DNA of 21,848 bases from Candidatus Woesearchaeota archaeon. GTDB taxonomy: Archaea; Nanobdellota; Nanobdellia; Woesearchaeales; SKGA01. Positions within the stretch are counted from its first letter, which is position 1; the number at the start of each line of letters is the position of its first letter. The translations under genes were made by a program, and so were the position numbers. The notes beneath the pieces were generated by a model. The model was not told the DNA's origin. It made no database searches and saw nothing but the letters and a program-made list of their open reading frames with translations. Where the stretch lies: positions 1-21,848 of the forward strand of contig JAFGOT010000005.1 of the NCBI GenBank assembly GCA_016926395.1, in the 5' to 3' direction. Shown here one piece after another: positions 7,375 to 15,919 of the stretch.

Positions 7375-8996
7375 CAGTAGTCACCTCCTTCGTCGGTTCC
7401 GACACCAGCGGTTGGCTGTCGGCTAGCAGAATCATTATTTTCTTCAGAAAGTTTAGGAATTGGAGTCTTGTGATTTGCAATCCAATCAAAGCTAACAGTA
7501 GGACCAACAAGCTCTCTTAAATTATTTTTACTATTAAGCAGAGCAGCTACTCGTGAAGCACCCATGCCCCAAGCAATAACGGTTTTTTTTATTCCATAAG
7601 GAGCAAGGCTTTCAGGTCTGAAAATTCCTGAGTTAATTAGAGCATACCACTTGCCTTTTTTTTCATCATAGTAGTGCGCTTCTAAACTTGGTTCCGTATA
7701 AGGATTATAAGTTGGTTTAAACCTAATTTTTGTAATCCCAAGTCTAGCATAAAATTCTTTTATGAAACCCATTAAATCAGATAATGTTAAATTATCACCA
7801 ATAACAAAACCTTCAGCTTGGACAAACTCCGCTAAATGAGTTGTATCTACCGCTTCATTTCTAAAAACATTTGCAACATAAAAATACTTACCATCTTTAT
7901 TTCCAAGATCATTTAGATAACGAAAACTAGTAGCGGTTGAGTGAGTACGAAGAATTAATTGTTTAGCAAGGTTTGGATCCCAAGGTTTTTGGTAACCAGT
8001 AGAACCAGTATTTCCTCCTGTTTCATGAACAGCCTTGACTTTTTCTACAAGCTCAGGATTTGGAAGGTCTCCTTCTTTTCCAATAAAAAAAGTATCTTGA
8101 ACATCACGAGCAGGATGATCTTGAGGAATCCACATAGAATCCATACACCAAAAACAAGTTTCAACCCAAGGACCAGACATTTCTTGGAAACCCATTTGTA
8201 AGTAAATGTCTCGGATAATATTGTTCGCTTCTCTAGCAGGATGTCGCCTACCAGAAACAGCTACTCTGGGAACTGGGGACCGCACATCATAAGTTCTGAA
8301 AGTTTTTTCTTTCCAAGAACCATCTTTAAGCATAGTATCAGTTAATTGTTCTTCAACATTGGAAAAATCAACATTAGCTGCAATAAGCTCTTTACCCAGT
8401 GGTTGAAGAGTGACATTAGTTGTTTTTTGAGTTTCAACTTTAACCATAAGTTTTCTTTTTGATAATTCAAAAACAATTTCTCTTTCTTTTTCGTTTAAAG
8501 CAAGAAAATCAAGAGGAAAAGTAGTATACTTATCAAAAAAATGTTGAGGCTCATAAAGATTATTTTGAATTAAAATATTACCTGCAGGAGTTATAGATAA
8601 CTGCATATCGCCATTGACTTTTTCAATATTGGCAGCTTGTTTACTTTTAAGAATACCAATACAAGCCATAATTTCAGGTCTTGGAAGAGTATCACTTTCG
8701 AGTTCAGATATTGTTTTAGGACCGGATGTTAAAGATTTTAATATTCTAAATTCAGGAAGACCAAACTTAGATGCAAGCTGTCCATTCTCAAACAAGACAA
8801 CCAGTTCTTTTTCACTGATTTGGGTGCTTACAATATCTCTATTTCCAAGCCACATAAGAGCTCTACCGACTTCAACTTCTTGAAGGCCAGATGAAGCCAC
8901 AAGCTCACTGACAGTAGTTTGTTCTTTTAAGTGAGGCAAGAGCTTTCTTTCCAATAGAGATAACGAATTTGCCGTTTCCTGAATATTGGTTAACAT
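7374..8996 (-). CDS. pheS: Phenylalanine-tRNA ligase alpha subunit, archaeal type with long N-terminal extension
   Basis: PQDHPARDVQDTFF, LILRTHST, FRNEAVDTTHLAEF.Q.EG, YNPYTEPS.E and AWGMG motifs. Start probably ATG 8996 (leaderless from TATA 9019-9028) rather than 9011. Confidence 0.96.
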   Translation of the reverse strand: MLTNIQETANSLSLLERKLLPHLKEQTTVSELVASSGLQEVEVGRALMWLGNRDIVSTQISEKELVVLFENGQLASKFGLPEFRILKSLTSGPKTISELESDTLPRPEIMACIGILKSKQAANIEKVNGDMQLSITPAGNILIQNNLYEPQHFFDKYTTFPLDFLALNEKEREIVFELSKRKLMVKVETQKTTNVTLQPLGKELIAANVDFSNVEEQLTDTMLKDGSWKEKTFRTYDVRSPVPRVAVSGRRHPAREANNIIRDIYLQMGFQEMSGPWVETCFWCMDSMWIPQDHPARDVQDTFFIGKEGDLPNPELVEKVKAVHETGGNTGSTGYQKPWDPNLAKQLILRTHSTATSFRYLNDLGNKDGKYFYVANVFRNEAVDTTHLAEFVQAEGFVIGDNLTLSDLMGFIKEFYARLGITKIRFKPTYNPYTEPSLEAHYYDEKKGKWYALINSGIFRPESLAPYGIKKTVIAWGMGASRVAALLNSKNNLRELVGPTVSFDWIANHKTPIPKLSEENNDSASRQPTAGVGTDEGGDY

Positions 8997-9018
8997 AAAG
9001 AGTAAAAACAAAGATATC

Positions 9019-9028
9019 TTTTATAAAC
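9019..9028. promoter_or_regulatory. TATA box between divergent pheS and 9062 ORF
   Basis: TTTTATAAAC is 23 nt from pheS ATG 8996 (-) and about 34 nt from ATG 9062 (+). Confidence 0.5.
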
Positions 9029-9061
9029 ATTGCGTCCTAAAATAAAATCAAAAGGTTCAAA

Positions 9062-9535
9062 ATGACTGATAAAGAACTAGACACGGTAACTAAAGAGGTC
9101 AGAAGATTACTTCTTAAAGGAAAAGAAATAGATGAGATTCGCGACTTACTTAGAAAACAAAAATATTCACACGCAATAATAAGTGGTGCTCTGGTTCAAA
9201 GCCAAGTTAAAAAGGCAAATAGGAGACTTGCAAGAAGAAAAACTACAACTAGAATTGTAAATCATGGGTCAAATTTTAATTTAATAATACTTTTTGCGTT
9301 AATAATATATGTTTTTGCTTCAAAAGGAAATGTTGGAAACTCAATAATAACAAGCACCATAATTCTAACAAAATTATTCTCTTTGAGCATGATAATAAAC
9401 TCAATGACACAACTCGAACTTAGATGGACTGCTGCACTAATTGTTACTTTCTTCGTTCCAGGACTAGATATTATAGGAGCAGGATGGTATTATCTAATCA
9501 TAAAACTTAGGAAAAATTCAATGCAAAACCAGTAA
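9062..9535 (+). CDS. Membrane protein with basic helical N-terminal domain, unknown function
   Basis: 157 aa; charged helical N-terminus followed by about three hydrophobic segments. Confidence 0.7.
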   Translation: MTDKELDTVTKEVRRLLLKGKEIDEIRDLLRKQKYSHAIISGALVQSQVKKANRRLARRKTTTRIVNHGSNFNLIILFALIIYVFASKGNVGNSIITSTIILTKLFSLSMIINSMTQLELRWTAALIVTFFVPGLDIIGAGWYYLIIKLRKNSMQNQ

Positions 9536-9614
9536 AATTACGTTTTAACAAATCGCAAAAAACACTTTCTAATCAACGAAACAGTTATAAATAAGATTAC
9601 AAGAGAAAAAGATA

Positions 9615-11513
9615 ATGAAAAGAGTGAGCCTGATTCTGTTGATGCTTATACTGTTGTCACTAGTTGTGGGAATATCTGAAGCAGTTGAAGAAGTAAAGAT
9701 TTTTGATAGTTGGTGCAGATATGATTATGCATTTACATACGATGGAAGAAATTATTCTATAGCAACCCTAGCAACAGGTGACCAAAATCATCCAGAAGAT
9801 GGAAGAATCGCAATAAAAGCTCCAAATGGCACTGCAATAATTAATTATGGAGAATGTGTCGAAACAGAAGCGTACAAGTATTGTTTTGAAAATGTTACAT
9901 TTGAAGGAAAGTATATTGACATCGATGATAATGGAAAAACTCAACCAGGACTCAAACTTAAACTAATAGAATATGATTATAAAGCAGATATTAAAATAGA
10001 CAAATGGTTTGAAAAAACAAATTTTAAACTCTATGAAAAAGGAGAAGTTGCTATAACCATTGAAAACACAGGCGACCAAATATTAAAAGAAATTAATGTC
10101 ATTGAAAAAGTCCCAGAAGGTTTTGAAGTTTCAGCAAAATCTAACAATATGATAGTTACAGATAAAAGAACAATCGAAGCAGGACCATTAATTTTATACC
10201 CTGAAAAAACATGGACAGGAAGATACATTATTAAGGCAATCAATTACACAGAAGGAACTTACGCTACACAAATAAAATACAACAGTGAAGAAGAAACAGG
10301 AAAAGAATTAACGGGCACCAATCAAAAAATAAAAGTTGACAGCCCATACAAACTAACCGTTTCTGAGATAAAACCAACATATGATGCGACAAGTCCAATC
10401 AATCTTAATATAAAACTTGAAAATAATGAAGATGAGAATTTATACATTGAAGAATTAGATATTTATGCACCTGCAAACATGTACACTAGTTCATCAGGGC
10501 TACTCAAAAGTCAATCTAACAACAGATACAAATATTCTGGATCAATTAATGAAGATGAAGAAAAAACGTTTGAAGTTAAAATGACACCTATTTATACGGG
10601 CAAATACACAATATCATATTATATAAAATTTAACCTTAAAGGAAAAGAATACGTAGTAAGTGAAAGAGTGCCTTTTGAGATCAACACCGAAGGAATAGAT
10701 TGTTATTTTGAAACTGAAGAAAATGATTTAGAAGCAGGAACTTCATTTAATATGGATGTGGTTATTGAAAATGATGATGATGAAAATTATTATGAAATAG
10801 TTGGAGAAATAACAAACCCATTTGGAGACAATATCAAAATTAATAAAACAAATTTAGAAAAAGGCAAACTATTCACAGAAGAACTAAAAAATATAATTCT
10901 CCCAATAACAAGTGAAGACAAAGAATATGAATTTGAAATCAAAACAAACTACCGAAGCGTAGATGGTGAAGAATTTGAGTGTGAAAGCGCATACCCAATA
11001 TCAGTAAAAGGAAAAGACAAATATATAGATGTAAGTGTTAAAGCTCCAGACCAATCAATAAGACCTGGATCTGAAGCTGATTTAACATTCTTTTTAGAAA
11101 ACTTAATTGACAAAGAATTTGATAATGTATATGTTGAATATGAACTTAAAGATAACATTTCAAGTACGGGATTTTCAAGAAAGCAATTTGACACACTAGA
11201 AGCAAGAGAAACAAAAGAAGCCTACACAACAAAGGTAAGAATTCCTGAAACATGGGATAAAGATTATTTTGAAGTCATATTAAAAGTAGGAGCAAGAAAT
11301 CCAAAATATGAAAATTCAGTCGTAGTAGAAGTTCCAGTTAACACAAGTAAAGAAAAAACTGAAACTACAAACCAGAGAGAAACCAACAACCAAGGTTCAA
11401 GCGACTCTTCAACAACGAACAGTGGTTCAAATTCCAAATCAAACAGTGAAGAAGAGGGATTCGTTGATAAAGTGATTAACTTCTTTGTTAACCTTTTCAA
11501 AGGAAATAAATAG
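9615..11513 (+). CDS. Large secreted/surface protein with tandem beta-sandwich (Ig-like, DUF11/COG1361-like) domains
   Basis: N-terminal signal peptide. Repeated V.I.IENTG / L.IKLENNE / V.IENDD strand motifs, INVIEKVPEGF (DUF11-like), a Ser/Asn/Thr linker and an amphipathic C-terminal helix. Confidence 0.75.
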   Translation: MKRVSLILLMLILLSLVVGISEAVEEVKIFDSWCRYDYAFTYDGRNYSIATLATGDQNHPEDGRIAIKAPNGTAIINYGECVETEAYKYCFENVTFEGKYIDIDDNGKTQPGLKLKLIEYDYKADIKIDKWFEKTNFKLYEKGEVAITIENTGDQILKEINVIEKVPEGFEVSAKSNNMIVTDKRTIEAGPLILYPEKTWTGRYIIKAINYTEGTYATQIKYNSEEETGKELTGTNQKIKVDSPYKLTVSEIKPTYDATSPINLNIKLENNEDENLYIEELDIYAPANMYTSSSGLLKSQSNNRYKYSGSINEDEEKTFEVKMTPIYTGKYTISYYIKFNLKGKEYVVSERVPFEINTEGIDCYFETEENDLEAGTSFNMDVVIENDDDENYYEIVGEITNPFGDNIKINKTNLEKGKLFTEELKNIILPITSEDKEYEFEIKTNYRSVDGEEFECESAYPISVKGKDKYIDVSVKAPDQSIRPGSEADLTFFLENLIDKEFDNVYVEYELKDNISSTGFSRKQFDTLEARETKEAYTTKVRIPETWDKDYFEVILKVGARNPKYENSVVVEVPVNTSKEKTETTNQRETNNQGSSDSSTTNSGSNSKSNSEEEGFVDKVINFFVNLFKGNK

Positions 11514-11714
11514 TTACATAACTATAATTCCAACAATAAATAGAATAAAACCAAGAACAATAGTACCAACAGCAAGCATCCCATAAGTGTCAATTCTACT
11601 AAAATAATCTTTCATCCAAACTTGAGCATCCTCTAAAAATTTGTTAGCTTTTGTTTGAAAATCATCCCAGCCTTTTTTGATGCTGTCCATTGAGATTTCT
11701 ACGGTTTTTGCCAT
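11514..11714 (-). CDS. Small C-terminally anchored membrane protein
   Basis: 66 aa; amphipathic N-terminus and one C-terminal TM helix. TATA-like TTTTAAAT upstream. Its stop abuts the stop of the convergent gene. Confidence 0.65.
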   Translation of the reverse strand: MAKTVEISMDSIKKGWDDFQTKANKFLEDAQVWMKDYFSRIDTYGMLAVGTIVLGFILFIVGIIVM

Positions 11715-11780
11715 GTAAATGCTATGTGCGTGAGAAGTATATTTAAAATTAACTCTAAATTTTAGGATTTCTTCATAATC

Positions 11781-11849
11781 TTACATACAAAAAAACTAAC
11801 GAACGATTGAGTGACTATAGTTTTTTTAGTATTTTACATACAAAAAAAC
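11781..11849. repeat. 16-bp direct repeat TTACATACAAAAAAAC (11781-11796 and 11834-11849)
   Basis: Two identical copies 53 bp apart, one intergenic and one in the 3' end of the RNA methylase gene. Confidence 0.8.
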
Positions 11850-12864
11850 CTTCACCATCATTATCTTGAGGATAAATTCTGATTGCATCTTTTAACTCAG
11901 GCCTGATTTTTAAGTCTTCAAATTCAAGAACGGGCTCGCTTTTTATAATATTCAAATCCAAAGGAACAACTTGAGCGTCAGGAAATTTATCAAGTAAATA
12001 CGAAACAACAGCTTCATTTTCTTCAGGTTCTTGAGTGCAAGTTGAATAAATCATATAACCACCAGGTTTTAACATTGTGAACGCGTGGCTTATTAGAACT
12101 CTTTGTGTTTGAGAAATACGTCTAACAAGACCATAAGAATACATGGTCATCGCTTTAAAGCTTCGACGAATAGTTCCAGTTCCAGAACAAGGAGCATCAA
12201 CTAAAATTCGATCAAAGAAAACACCATCTTCAAAAGGATTTCTTGGTCGAGTGTTTTTTTTGGTTTGTTGAAAAGCATTAAGTGTTACTAAATGATTAGT
12301 TACACCCATTCTTTGAAGATTTAAAGACAAAGGTTTAAGACGAGACACATCAACATCATTAGCGATTAAAATCCCTTTATTACCCATGTACTGTGCTAAC
12401 TGAGATGTTTTTGAACCAGGTGCGGCACAAAGATCTAAAACTCTTAAAGAATCTTCAGATTGAGCAATAGAAAGAATTTCTTCATTGGATAAATCATTAA
12501 ATAAAGCAACAGGAGGAATCATACTGGCAGCTTCTTGAACATAAAAATAACCAAGAGCATGTTCAGGTAAATTTCCAATATCAAATCGGTGAAGAGTTCT
12601 GTGACCTTCAACAGTGAATCCCTCTTTACACCAAGGAACAGGAGTTAGAACAAAACCCTGATCTTCTACACGTTTTTTTAATTCATCAACACTAATCTTT
12701 AGAGTATTAACACGAATACATTTTCGCATATAAGTAAAAGAGAATTTAATAAACTCATCATATCTATCTCCAAGAAGCTTTCTATATCTAGTTTCAAAAT
12801 CAGGTTTGATTTCTACTTTATCTGCAGAAAGTATTCGATCTTGAGCGTATAAAGTCATATCCAT
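11815..12864 (-). CDS. NOL1/NOP2/Sun family RNA m5C methyltransferase (RsmB/RsmF/aTrm4-like)
   Basis: YVQEAASMIP, VLDLCAAPGSKT, ILVDAPCSGTG, YSTCT..PEENE.VV and EGFFVCK motifs. Confidence 0.94.
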   Translation of the reverse strand: MDMTLYAQDRILSADKVEIKPDFETRYRKLLGDRYDEFIKFSFTYMRKCIRVNTLKISVDELKKRVEDQGFVLTPVPWCKEGFTVEGHRTLHRFDIGNLPEHALGYFYVQEAASMIPPVALFNDLSNEEILSIAQSEDSLRVLDLCAAPGSKTSQLAQYMGNKGILIANDVDVSRLKPLSLNLQRMGVTNHLVTLNAFQQTKKNTRPRNPFEDGVFFDRILVDAPCSGTGTIRRSFKAMTMYSYGLVRRISQTQRVLISHAFTMLKPGGYMIYSTCTQEPEENEAVVSYLLDKFPDAQVVPLDLNIIKSEPVLEFEDLKIRPELKDAIRIYPQDNDGEGFFVCKILKKL

Positions 12865-12897
12865 TAAAGGAATAAAAATTCATTTATAAATAGTTCG

Positions 12898-13341
12898 TCA
12901 AAATATTCGTTTTGGACGAATGTTATCGATCTTTTTATATGGACGTTTTAAAGAATTATTTAGAGCATTAACAAACTCAAATGAAGAGGGAAAAGAAGAT
13001 TTAGGCAAGAAAGATTCAGCAACTTCATCAATTGAATTGGGTTTAATAATTAAATAATCATATGCAGTAGTTACAGGGGCTTCTTTTATGAAATAAAGCA
13101 CGAGATGATCTAAAGCAGAAGAAGTAATTCCATATTTAACTTCAACTTTTGAATAATCCTTATAATAAACTGAATCTAAAAGCAAACCCTCATCATAACT
13201 TAAAATATCATTAAGATATACCACCAAAGAAGTGTTTTTAAGAATACGATTTACTTCATCGACGAGATTTGAAGAATTAGTCCTGAAAAAAGAATTTTTC
13301 CAAGGTTTGACCTTCCTTTCTTCACTGACGTGCATAAACAA
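12898..13341 (-). CDS. Hypothetical protein, 147 aa
   Basis: Open frame that fills the gap between co-oriented genes. BRE/TATA-like GCGAAAAGATTATAT upstream. No motif recognised. Confidence 0.6.
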   Translation of the reverse strand: MFMHVSEERKVKPWKNSFFRTNSSNLVDEVNRILKNTSLVVYLNDILSYDEGLLLDSVYYKDYSKVEVKYGITSSALDHLVLYFIKEAPVTTAYDYLIIKPNSIDEVAESFLPKSSFPSSFEFVNALNNSLKRPYKKIDNIRPKRIF

Positions 13342-13390
13342 TTATTATTTTAGAATAATATAATCTTTTCGCAAGACTTTAAAGATAATA

Positions 13391-13876
13391 TTAGTAAATA
13401 ACGCCAATTAATACTCTGTCAATTTGCTCGAAACGAACCTTTCCAGGATCAGAAACAGCGTTGTTATCTCCTTTAAGAATAAAGTATAATCCTTCTTCAT
13501 CCTCACCAATATAAACCACTCGATGAATTATATGTTTTGCAGGACTTCCTTGAGGAGAATAAGAAACAACATCACCAACAGCAATATCAGAAGGAAATTG
13601 CGGAATTATTTGGAGCACATTTGCACCACTATCAAAAAAAGGATCCATTGAATTGGTATCTGCAATTGATGCCCATTTTACATCAGGAACATCTAAAACA
13701 ACCCTGTCTTTGTAGACTAATATCTGATCCTCAGTAACATGGTTTTGTGGAGAATACTGATCATATGCAACTACAGAACCAGTAGCAGAAGCGGATTGAG
13801 CTAAAAATAGAATACCTGCGGTAACAAAACCAGCTAAAAAGACTAAAATCCAACTCAATATTTTTAGTTTAAACAT
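13391..13876 (-). CDS. Signal peptidase I-like (S26, archaeal/ER Ser-His type)
   Basis: N-terminal TM segment, then TNSMDP (catalytic Ser), VGDVVSY, IIHRVV (His) and ILKGDNN...DP. Confidence 0.85.
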   Translation of the reverse strand: MFKLKILSWILVFLAGFVTAGILFLAQSASATGSVVAYDQYSPQNHVTEDQILVYKDRVVLDVPDVKWASIADTNSMDPFFDSGANVLQIIPQFPSDIAVGDVVSYSPQGSPAKHIIHRVVYIGEDEEGLYFILKGDNNAVSDPGKVRFEQIDRVLIGVIY

Positions 13877-13920
13877 ATACTACTTATTAGTGACAACTAA
13901 TATATAAACATTTCCATACA

Positions 13921-13989
13921 TTTATAAATAAAAAACAGCAAAAGAATATCAGAACCCCCTTAAAGCACAGTAGAGGGTTTGAGGTGCTT
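13921..13989 (+). promoter_or_regulatory. gpmA promoter (TATA 13921-13928) and structured 5' leader containing SD GAGGTG (13981-13986)
   Basis: TTTATAAA box, complementary segments in the leader (see findings), and an SD 6 nt before ATG 13993. Confidence 0.5.
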
Positions 13990-13992
13990 GAA

Positions 13993-14841
13993 ATGAGTTA
14001 TTTGATACTAGTAAGACATGGAGAAAGCAGATGGAATCTTGCCAATAAATTTACAGGATGGGTAGATGTTCCTCTAAGCGAAATTGGAGTTCATGAAGCA
14101 CTCATAACAGCAGAAAGGTTAAATAACATAAATTTAGATGTTGCATTTACATCAAAACTAATTCGAGCGCACGAAACATTAGGACTTATTCTGGCACATC
14201 AACAAAAAACAGGAATATTCTTACACACATCAAAAAGAAGAAATATTTGGTCAAAACATAGTAAAGGAGTGGACTTTGATGAAACAGAACTTCCAATATA
14301 CTCATCAGACAAAATAAACGAAAGATATTATGGCGCACTTCAAGGACTCAACAAAGACGATGCAAGATTAAAATGGGGAAAAGAAAAAGTTTTCCAATGG
14401 AGAAGAAGTTATGACATAAGACCTCCAAGCGGAGAAAGTTTAAAAGATGTTGTGAAAAGAGCAGTCCCATATTTTCAAAAACACATTATGCCAGAAGTTA
14501 GACGACACAAAAATGTAATAGTCGCAGCTCATGGAAATAGTTTACGTGCAATAATAAAATATATTGATAATATCAGCGACGAGGATATCCCTCATTTAGA
14601 ATTACAAACAGGAAAACCAATAATTTATGAGTACGACGGGGGACAATTACACAAATTAAATCACGTTCATTCATTTGATAGGCCAATACACTGGAAAGAA
14701 CTAAAAAGAGAAGAAGGCGGATATTTGAATGCGAAAGCAACAAGTAACGAAGAAAAAACAGTAAAAAAACAAAATACAAAAACAACAACTAAAAAAACAA
14801 AACAAATAACAAGAAGAAGTTTAAGTGGTCTGAAAAAATAA
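13993..14841 (+). CDS. gpmA: 2,3-bisphosphoglycerate-dependent phosphoglycerate mutase with basic C-terminal extension
   Basis: LILVRHGESRWN..N.FTGWVDV.LS, INERYYGALQGLNK, WRRSYD..PP.GESLKD and AAHGNSLRA. Start set at ATG 13993 downstream of the SD. Confidence 0.93.
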   Translation: MSYLILVRHGESRWNLANKFTGWVDVPLSEIGVHEALITAERLNNINLDVAFTSKLIRAHETLGLILAHQQKTGIFLHTSKRRNIWSKHSKGVDFDETELPIYSSDKINERYYGALQGLNKDDARLKWGKEKVFQWRRSYDIRPPSGESLKDVVKRAVPYFQKHIMPEVRRHKNVIVAAHGNSLRAIIKYIDNISDEDIPHLELQTGKPIIYEYDGGQLHKLNHVHSFDRPIHWKELKREEGGYLNAKATSNEEKTVKKQNTKTTTKKTKQITRRSLSGLKK

Positions 14842-14947
14842 ACGCCTTAAAGATTAAAAAAGAAACGAGTTATTGATCAATCAATAAGAGCGAGTTTAGA
14901 TAATAAATAATCGCTACGAAGTCGATTAGAAAAACTTCGCGTAAAAA

Positions 14948-15187
14948 ATGATAAACACAAAAAATTTTGCAATATTACTTGGAGGAATTTCTCTTATTTG
15001 TTATCCAGTTAGTTTAATATTCAAAACAACAATAATTTATTTCATTGCAAAAGGAGTTGGAATTGCGTTTGCTTTAGCAGCAGGATATGTCTCTCTTCAA
15101 GCTATGAAGAAAAAAGATAAAACAATAGGCATTCTAGGAATAAACTTAGCAGTTATTGATTTGTTCATTCACTTAATGCCATTCTAG
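14948..15187 (+). CDS. Small membrane protein (about three TM segments)
   Basis: 79 aa, mostly hydrophobic; ends 5 nt before the hydrolase ATG. Confidence 0.6.
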   Translation: MINTKNFAILLGGISLICYPVSLIFKTTIIYFIAKGVGIAFALAAGYVSLQAMKKKDKTIGILGINLAVIDLFIHLMPF

Positions 15188-15192
15188 AAAAA

Positions 15193-15909
15193 ATGGAAAA
15201 AGAAATCAAAATTAAAACAACAGATAACAAAACAATTTATGGAACTCTTAATTCGGAAAATAACGAAACATTAGCAATATTTGTTCACGGATTAGCTGGA
15301 AACCCAAATGAACATATGTATTACAACGCTAAGAAACAATTCCCAAAACAAGGAATAGACACATTTAGATTCAGTTTATATTCCGATGAAGACGATGCAA
15401 GGAGATTAACTGAATGCACTATCGAAATACACGCGCAAGACATAGATAGAGTAGTGAATGAATTTCAAGATAAATATGAGCAAATAGTCTTAGTAGGACA
15501 TAGTCTTGGAGGACCAAGCATATTACTTTCTAAACAAAACGTTGACGCAGTAATTCTTTGGGACCCAAGCATATGCGAAGATTTAGATCAAGACATAGAA
15601 CCGATTCCAGATACAAACATGCACAAAGTAGACTGGGGAATAGAAATACTAATTGGTGAAAAATTAATTAAATCATATAAAGCAATTAGTTCTGACCAAC
15701 TACTAAATAAAATCAATCTACCAACAAAAATTATTTTTGCAGAAGATAGTGAACTAAAAGAAAAATGGATGAAAACAAATATCAAAGATAACAAAAGGGC
15801 AGACATCTCAATAATTGAAGGCGCAAGTCATTGTTTTAACGAAGAAAATACAGAAATCAAACTATTTGCAAAAACAATAGAATTCATTCACGAACAAACA
15901 AGAGAATAA
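15193..15909 (+). CDS. Alpha/beta hydrolase
   Basis: FVHGLAG oxyanion motif, GHSLGG nucleophile elbow, and GASHCF catalytic His. Confidence 0.88.
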   Translation: MEKEIKIKTTDNKTIYGTLNSENNETLAIFVHGLAGNPNEHMYYNAKKQFPKQGIDTFRFSLYSDEDDARRLTECTIEIHAQDIDRVVNEFQDKYEQIVLVGHSLGGPSILLSKQNVDAVILWDPSICEDLDQDIEPIPDTNMHKVDWGIEILIGEKLIKSYKAISSDQLLNKINLPTKIIFAEDSELKEKWMKTNIKDNKRADISIIEGASHCFNEENTEIKLFAKTIEFIHEQTRE

Positions 15910-15919
15910 AAAAAATAAA

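Noticed and set aside
11511-11516. Abutting stop codons of convergent genes and other tight gene junctions
   Set aside because: Ordinary for a compact genome.
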